Origin: Thermodesulfobacteriota bacterium
GTDB taxonomy: Bacteria; Desulfobacterota; Desulfobacteria; Desulfobacterales; SURF-7
Assembly (NCBI GenBank): GCA_049320885.1
Contig: JBMORA010000009.1
Span: forward strand, 256,001-320,000
Direction: 5' to 3'
DNA: 64,000 nt
The notes below the pieces were generated by a model, which worked only from the letters and a program-made list of their open reading frames with translations, was not told where the DNA came from and ran no database searches. This document shows, one piece after another, positions 59,314 to 64,000 of this stretch (positions are counted from its first letter, which is position 1; each line of letters begins with the position of its first letter). Made by a program: the position numbers and the translations under genes.

Positions 59314-60780
59314 TCAGAAACCGGGCGGCGGCCGGAAGCCTCCCATGACCTCGGATATCAGTCCGGCGACGTGAATCGTCGTACGGTCCTCCAGATAGGG
59401 GCCGATGATCTGGATACCGACGGGCAGGCCTTCCGGGTTCATGCCCACCGGAGCCACGGTGGCCGGCAGGTACGACACGCCCGCCAGTCCGGCCCAGGCC
59501 ATCAGATCCAGGTAAGGGCGAAGCGAGCCGTTGACCTTCACGGTTCTCTCGTACAGGTATTGGTGGTCGTGGGGAAAGGCGGCCACCGGCGCGGGCGGGC
59601 AAAGCAGCACATCGCAGATTTCAAAAAAATCGGCCCATTTCTGGCGCAGAATCTGACGGATCACGTCATTGCGGATCCAGCTGAGGTGCAACTGGGTGGC
59701 GCCGCGGATGTGACTGGCCAGATAACTCCGGTCGTCCGCATCCAGTTTTTCCGAGGTTTCCAGCCATTTGTTGAACATGGCCTGGGGCACGCCGGAGCCC
59801 ATGACGGCAGCCAGCAGGGACAGAAAAATCTGATGGCTGGTGTGGAAGTCCACCTGGGGCTTTATGTCGCGGATTTGGGCCCCGGTTTTGGAAAGAGCGT
59901 CCACGGCATTCTGGATCACATCGCCGACGCCGGCATCCACCGGACAGACCGGATCATCCAGCCACAATCCGATGCGGTATTTTTTCAGGTTTTTTTTGCG
60001 CGGCGCGGGCAGCCGGATGCGCCAGGCCTTGCGCTCAGCCCTTTCCGGCCCGGCAAGGATGTCCATGGCCACGGCCAGATCCTCGGCGCTGCGGGCCAGG
60101 GGCCCGCTGGCGAGGATGTCCACCGACAGGCTGTGTTTGCCGGTGAAGATGCCGGGGGGCGGCGGGATATGACCGCGGTCCGGTACGATTCCATAGCTGG
60201 GTTTATGGCCGAAGATGCCGCAAAAATGAGCCGGAGTGCGGATCGATCCGCCGATATCGCTGCCGATTTCCAGACCGCAAAGACCGGCGGCCAGGGCCGC
60301 TGCGGCGCCGCCGGAGGACCCGCCCGGCGTGCGGTCCGTTCGCCAGGGGTTGTTGGTCCGGCCGTACACGCTGTTATAGGTCTGAATATCGGCCCCGTAG
60401 AGGGGCATATTGGTTTTACCGAACACGACGGCGCCGGCGTCGATGAGGGACTGGACCGCATCGGCGTTTTCAGCCGGCTGGTGGTGCCGGAGTTCGGGGG
60501 CCCCGGAGGTGCAGGGCATGCCGACGACCTCAAAGGAATCCTTGACCGTCATGGGCAGTCCGTGCAAGGGGCCCCGGATTTGTCCTTTGGAAAGGGCCGC
60601 GTCCGCTTCATCGGCCTGTCTCCTTGCGCCGTCGGCATCCATGGCCACGACGGCATTGATTCCCGGATTCAATCGTGTCACCCGTTCCAGATAGAGGTCG
60701 AGCAGTTCCCGCGAGGTAATGGCGCGGTTTCGGATGGCCCGGATTTGCGTAAGGGCCGGTTGAAATACCAGATCATCCAT
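59314..60780 (-). CDS. amidase (amidase signature family)
   Basis: LHGLPMTVKD, GKTN, TPGGSSGG, GSDIGGSIRTPA, GLPVGIQ. Confidence 0.94.
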   Translation of the reverse strand: MDDLVFQPALTQIRAIRNRAITSRELLDLYLERVTRLNPGINAVVAMDADGARRQADEADAALSKGQIRGPLHGLPMTVKDSFEVVGMPCTSGAPELRHHQPAENADAVQSLIDAGAVVFGKTNMPLYGADIQTYNSVYGRTNNPWRTDRTPGGSSGGAAAALAAGLCGLEIGSDIGGSIRTPAHFCGIFGHKPSYGIVPDRGHIPPPPGIFTGKHSLSVDILASGPLARSAEDLAVAMDILAGPERAERKAWRIRLPAPRKKNLKKYRIGLWLDDPVCPVDAGVGDVIQNAVDALSKTGAQIRDIKPQVDFHTSHQIFLSLLAAVMGSGVPQAMFNKWLETSEKLDADDRSYLASHIRGATQLHLSWIRNDVIRQILRQKWADFFEICDVLLCPPAPVAAFPHDHQYLYERTVKVNGSLRPYLDLMAWAGLAGVSYLPATVAPVGMNPEGLPVGIQIIGPYLEDRTTIHVAGLISEVMGGFRPPPGF

Positions 60781-60829
60781 GGGGTCTGTCCTTCCTGGGG
60801 ATGTTGTTGCGGTAAAACCGGTTGCGCGT

Positions 60830-61333
60830 TTATTCGCCCATATGTCTGACCAGATGGGCCAGTTCGGGAAAAATAAGGGCTTTGCATGCCAGCTTGCAGG
60901 CGCCCAGACTGCCCGGGATGCAAAAAACCACCGTGTGTCCGATGATGCCGGCGGTGGCCCGGGAAAGCAGTGCCGCTGAATCGATTTCTTCATAGCTGAG
61001 CTGGGCGAAAATCGGGCCGAAGGCAGTCAATTCCTTTTGGAAACAGGGGCGTACGGCCTCGATGGTCAGATCCTTGGGGCTGATCCCGGTGCCGCCGGTG
61101 AGGATCAGCACCTGGGGGGACAGGACCGCGGTAATATCCTGAACCGTGGCGGCGATGACGCCGCTGTCATCCGGTATGACCCGGTGGACGGCGATGACAT
61201 GGCCTTCCTTTTTGGCGAACTGCTTGATCCATTGGCCGCTGGCGTCGGTTTCAAGCGTTCGGGTGGTGGAAACGGTTAAAATGCCGATGGATAATGCCGC
61301 CGGCGGATTTTGTTTGTGTTCGGCTGTGCCCAT
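60830..61333 (-). CDS. moaB: MogA/MoaB family molybdenum cofactor biosynthesis protein
   Basis: ILTVS, DASG, IPDD, TGGTGISPKDLTIEA, SRATAG, IPGS. Confidence 0.9.
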   Translation of the reverse strand: MGTAEHKQNPPAALSIGILTVSTTRTLETDASGQWIKQFAKKEGHVIAVHRVIPDDSGVIAATVQDITAVLSPQVLILTGGTGISPKDLTIEAVRPCFQKELTAFGPIFAQLSYEEIDSAALLSRATAGIIGHTVVFCIPGSLGACKLACKALIFPELAHLVRHMGE

Positions 61334-61337
61334 CCCG

Positions 61338-61877
61338 CTATTCTCCCTGGTCGATGACGACCCTGTCTTCCCCGTCGTGCTCGCTGAGCAGTACGTTTAC
61401 GGTTTCGGATCGTTGGGTTTTGACGTATTTACCGATATAATCCGCCTGGATGGGAAGCTCCCGGAAGCCACGATCCACCAGGACCGCCAGTTCGATCCGG
61501 TCCGGTCGGCCGAAATCGATGACCGCATCCATGGCGGCCCGGATGGTGCGTCCGGTAAACAACACGTCATCGATGAGCACGACCTGTTTTCCGTTCACGC
61601 TGAAGGGGATTTCCGTTTTCCGCACCACCGGGTTTATATCGATGCGGGTCCAGTCGTCCCGATACAGGGTGATGTCCATTTCACCGGTGGGAATTTCCGT
61701 TCCTTCGGCCTTCCGGATGCTTTCCTGTATCCTTCTGGCCAGGTATACGCCGCGGGTCTGAATGCCGATGAGCGACAGATTGCTCGTCCCCTTGTGGGTT
61801 TCCAGAATCTCATACGCCATGCGGGTGATGATCCGGCCGATATCCGCGGGTTCCAATATGGTGATGCTGCTTGCCAT
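61338..61877 (-). CDS. pyrR: pyrimidine regulatory protein/uracil phosphoribosyltransferase
   Basis: RMAYEILE, GIQTRG, DITLYRDD, DDVLFTGRTIRAAMDA, DRGFRELPIQADYIG. Confidence 0.95.
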   Translation of the reverse strand: MASSITILEPADIGRIITRMAYEILETHKGTSNLSLIGIQTRGVYLARRIQESIRKAEGTEIPTGEMDITLYRDDWTRIDINPVVRKTEIPFSVNGKQVVLIDDVLFTGRTIRAAMDAVIDFGRPDRIELAVLVDRGFRELPIQADYIGKYVKTQRSETVNVLLSEHDGEDRVVIDQGE

Positions 61878-62126
61878 GATCTGCGCTCCGGTTGGGATGA
61901 TAGGGCTTTCATGCGACGAAGGACCGCCGCGGATGGTTGTTTCCCGCCGCAACGGCAGCTCTCACGGATCGATATATCATGCCCCGGTCTGAGATCAAGC
62001 AGAATATCACAGGGGGATTCCCTTCCCGTAACCAGAATCCCCTTGCTTTCGATTTCTGTTTTTGCCTATATCCCGGCAACGGGGAATTCCGTTTTCCATT
62101 TTAAGGAGGGTACAGGAACGATTCCG

Positions 62127-62750
62127 ATGAAACCATCCTGCAGCGGCATCATTCTCGCCGGCGGCCTCAATTCCCGGTTTTCGGGCCGCAACAAGGCTTT
62201 GATGGCGATCGGCGCCAGGCAGATACTGAGCCGGATTTGCGAGGTTTTTTCCGACCTGTTCGAGGAGGTGATCCTGGTGACCAACGATCCCTTGGCGTAT
62301 GCGGACCGGGATATCCAGGTGGTGACGGATCTGTATGATATCCGCAGCTCATTGACCGGCCTGCATGCCGGCCTCTTCTACGCCAACTGCCCGAACGCTT
62401 TCTTTACAGCCTGCGACACACCGTTTTTACAAAAGGATGTCATCCGGCTGGTTCTGGATCATATCGATTCCCAGAAGGATATCGTTGTCCCCCGGACCCG
62501 TGCCGGTTTTGAGCCGCTGTGCGCCGCCTATTCCACCAGATGCCTTCCGGCAGTGGCGTCCTGCCTGGAAAGCGGATTCTTCAAAATCATGGACCTGTTC
62601 GAAAAAGTGAGGGTCCGGACAGTTGACGAGGCGCTCCTGCGGGAAAAGGACCCGGAGTTGCTCTCGTTTTTCAACGTGAACACGCCCGACGATCGTGCCA
62701 GGGCGGAAGCCCTGTTGGCGGAAAAAGCGGTCCGGGGGCGCCTGCTTTAG
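62127..62750 (+). CDS. mobA: molybdenum cofactor guanylyltransferase
   Basis: ILAGGLNSRF..NKA, LTGLHAGL, ACDTPF, EPLCAAY, FNVNTPDD. Confidence 0.92.
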   Translation: MKPSCSGIILAGGLNSRFSGRNKALMAIGARQILSRICEVFSDLFEEVILVTNDPLAYADRDIQVVTDLYDIRSSLTGLHAGLFYANCPNAFFTACDTPFLQKDVIRLVLDHIDSQKDIVVPRTRAGFEPLCAAYSTRCLPAVASCLESGFFKIMDLFEKVRVRTVDEALLREKDPELLSFFNVNTPDDRARAEALLAEKAVRGRLL

Positions 62751-63661
62751 TGACCGGTTTTGGCTTCCATGGCGGCCCGGATGTTCGGCAGTTGCTCCCG
62801 CGCGGCTTTTTCGCCGGCTTCCATCAGTCGTTTCTTTTGGGAAAAATCATTGTAGGCCACGTTGCCGATTTCCGGGCGGATCACCACATCGGCGTCTTTG
62901 ACCCCCAGTACCCCGATTTCCGAAGACATGATCGTCACCGCATGATAGGCGATTTCCAGGGGATTCTCGGGTGCCCGGGAGGGGATCGCCGGGTCGATGA
63001 CCACCGCGATCACCACCTCGGCGCCTTTCCGGCGTGCAAAATCCACGGGTATGGGATCGGTGACGCCGCCGTCGACGAAAACACGTCCGCCGATGGTAAC
63101 CGGCACAAAAACACCCGGAATGGCGCAGGAGGCATGGACCGCGCGGGCCACCGGTCCCCGCTCGAGAAGGACCGACTGCCCGGTGCGCAGGTCCACGGCC
63201 ACGGCGCCGTATGGAATTTTCATGTTTTCAATGCGTTTGCTGGAAAGATGGGTGTTCAGGAAGGCTTCCAGTTTCTCCCCCTTGACAAAACCACCTGAAA
63301 AAATGGAAAAAGCGCTGTAGTCGAAAATATCCTCCTCCCGGATGGCGATGGCGATGAACTCGGCGTCCAGGACCCGCCCCGTATCGGCATAGATGGCCCC
63401 GATCAAGCTGCCCACCGAAGTGCCGATCACCAGATCGATGGGGATTTTTTCCTGCTCCAGCACCCGGAGGACGCCGATTTCGGCAAAACCGCGCGCTCCG
63501 CCGCCGCCGAGGGCGATGCCCACCTTCGGCAACCGCTTCTGATCCGCCGCCGGCGGTTTGTCTTCCTGCCGGGTATCCTGGACCGGCCAACAGGCCGTGA
63601 GCGTCACAACAACCGTCAACACAGCCGCCTGGACGAATAAACGCCATTCCCGTGTTCCCAT
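62747..63661 (-). CDS. patatin-like phospholipase lipoprotein
   Basis: Lipobox LTAC, ALGGGGARG, GTSVG, ASCAIPG, DGG. Confidence 0.92.
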   Translation of the reverse strand: MGTREWRLFVQAAVLTVVVTLTACWPVQDTRQEDKPPAADQKRLPKVGIALGGGGARGFAEIGVLRVLEQEKIPIDLVIGTSVGSLIGAIYADTGRVLDAEFIAIAIREEDIFDYSAFSIFSGGFVKGEKLEAFLNTHLSSKRIENMKIPYGAVAVDLRTGQSVLLERGPVARAVHASCAIPGVFVPVTIGGRVFVDGGVTDPIPVDFARRKGAEVVIAVVIDPAIPSRAPENPLEIAYHAVTIMSSEIGVLGVKDADVVIRPEIGNVAYNDFSQKKRLMEAGEKAAREQLPNIRAAMEAKTGH

Positions 63662-63795
63662 TGTCCACCCCATGTTAGCCAAATGGATTGTTTGTTCGCA
63701 CCCCGGCTTCTATTTACCGAATCCGGATTCGGTTTTGCAAGATCATAAATGTCCGGGATGGATACCCCCGTGATTCGTCCGGGATTCCAAGATGC

Positions 63796-63824
63796 TTGAC
63801 ACACCTGCGGGCCTCGGTTAGAGT
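63796..63824 (+). promoter_or_regulatory. sigma70-like promoter
   Basis: TTGACA-N17-TAGAGT upstream of a GGAGG RBS. Confidence 0.55.
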
Positions 63825-63889
63825 TTCACCCTACCAATTCGATATAGACGGACTCACCGGTGTTCATCAGTTACTACAGGAGGGGTATC

Positions 63890-64000
63890 ATGAAGAAGCT
63901 ATGGATAATCGCCTTGGTATTGCATGCCGCAGCCATCGCCGTACCGGTCATGGCCGCCGAAACCATTAAAATCGGATTGATGGCGCCCCTGACCGGCTCC
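63890..64000 (+). CDS. branched-chain amino acid-type ABC substrate-binding protein (5' part only)
   Basis: MKKLWIIALVLHAAAIAVPVMAAETIKIGLMAPLTGS: signal peptide plus IKIG..PLTG motif. Confidence 0.85.
   Translation, partial: MKKLWIIALVLHAAAIAVPVMAAETIKIGLMAPLTGS

Noticed and set aside
6171..60849. Long antisense ORFs (e.g. 6171-7724, 32832-34220, 38483-39820, 50459-52357, 59293-60849)
   Set aside because: Shadow frames opposite well-supported genes in GC-rich DNA; no recognisable motifs
62013..62042. GGGGATTC/GAATCCCC hairpin as a Moco riboswitch or PyrR attenuator
   Set aside because: Single 8-bp stem; no multi-stem riboswitch pattern, PyrR binding loop or terminator recognised
61146..62126. 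Apparent 534-aa MobA with a long N-terminal extension
   Set aside because: The extension is the antisense of pyrR and moaB; MobA motifs start at ATG 62127 behind its own RBS-like sequence

Overview
GC-rich bacterial chromosomal window; gene content suggests an anaerobic Desulfobacterota/deltaproteobacterium (inference). Layout: (1) 1-18.6 kb housekeeping and metabolism: enoyl-CoA hydratase, lysA, Lrp regulator, prmA, purine nucleoside phosphorylase plus mtaD, hydantoinase plus HDAC-family deacetylase plus epmA plus cyclase, two orphan TRAP DctP paralogs, a double FGE-domain lipoprotein and a DUF1841/Phd-like/pRiA4b fusion. (2) About 18.65-25.9 kb is an accessory island, AT-richer to about 24.5 kb, that looks like a decayed integron-cassette array: degenerate attC-like hairpins with no integrase, three TA modules whose toxins all look damaged while the antitoxins are intact, a Schlafen/AlbA_2 remnant, a chimeric methyltransferase pseudogene, a C-GCAxxG-C-C gene with an in-frame TGA at a conserved Cys followed by a SECIS-like hairpin (candidate selenoprotein), and an ABC-ATPase plus TOPRIM-like (DUF4276) candidate defence pair. 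(3) 28.2-47.1 kb is a Wzx/Wzy-type exopolysaccharide cluster whose polymerase gene is frameshifted at a T9 tract. (4) 48-54 kb is a compact operon of cytochrome c, DUF3373 barrel and two hybrid kinases. (5) 54-64 kb holds ilvE, a beta-barrel with two CsgG-like proteins, a hydrolase, an amidase, moaB, pyrR, mobA, a patatin and the start of an ABC binding-protein gene. No rRNA, tRNA, CRISPR array, transposase or integrase was recognised. All calls come from motif reading; no database searches were run.
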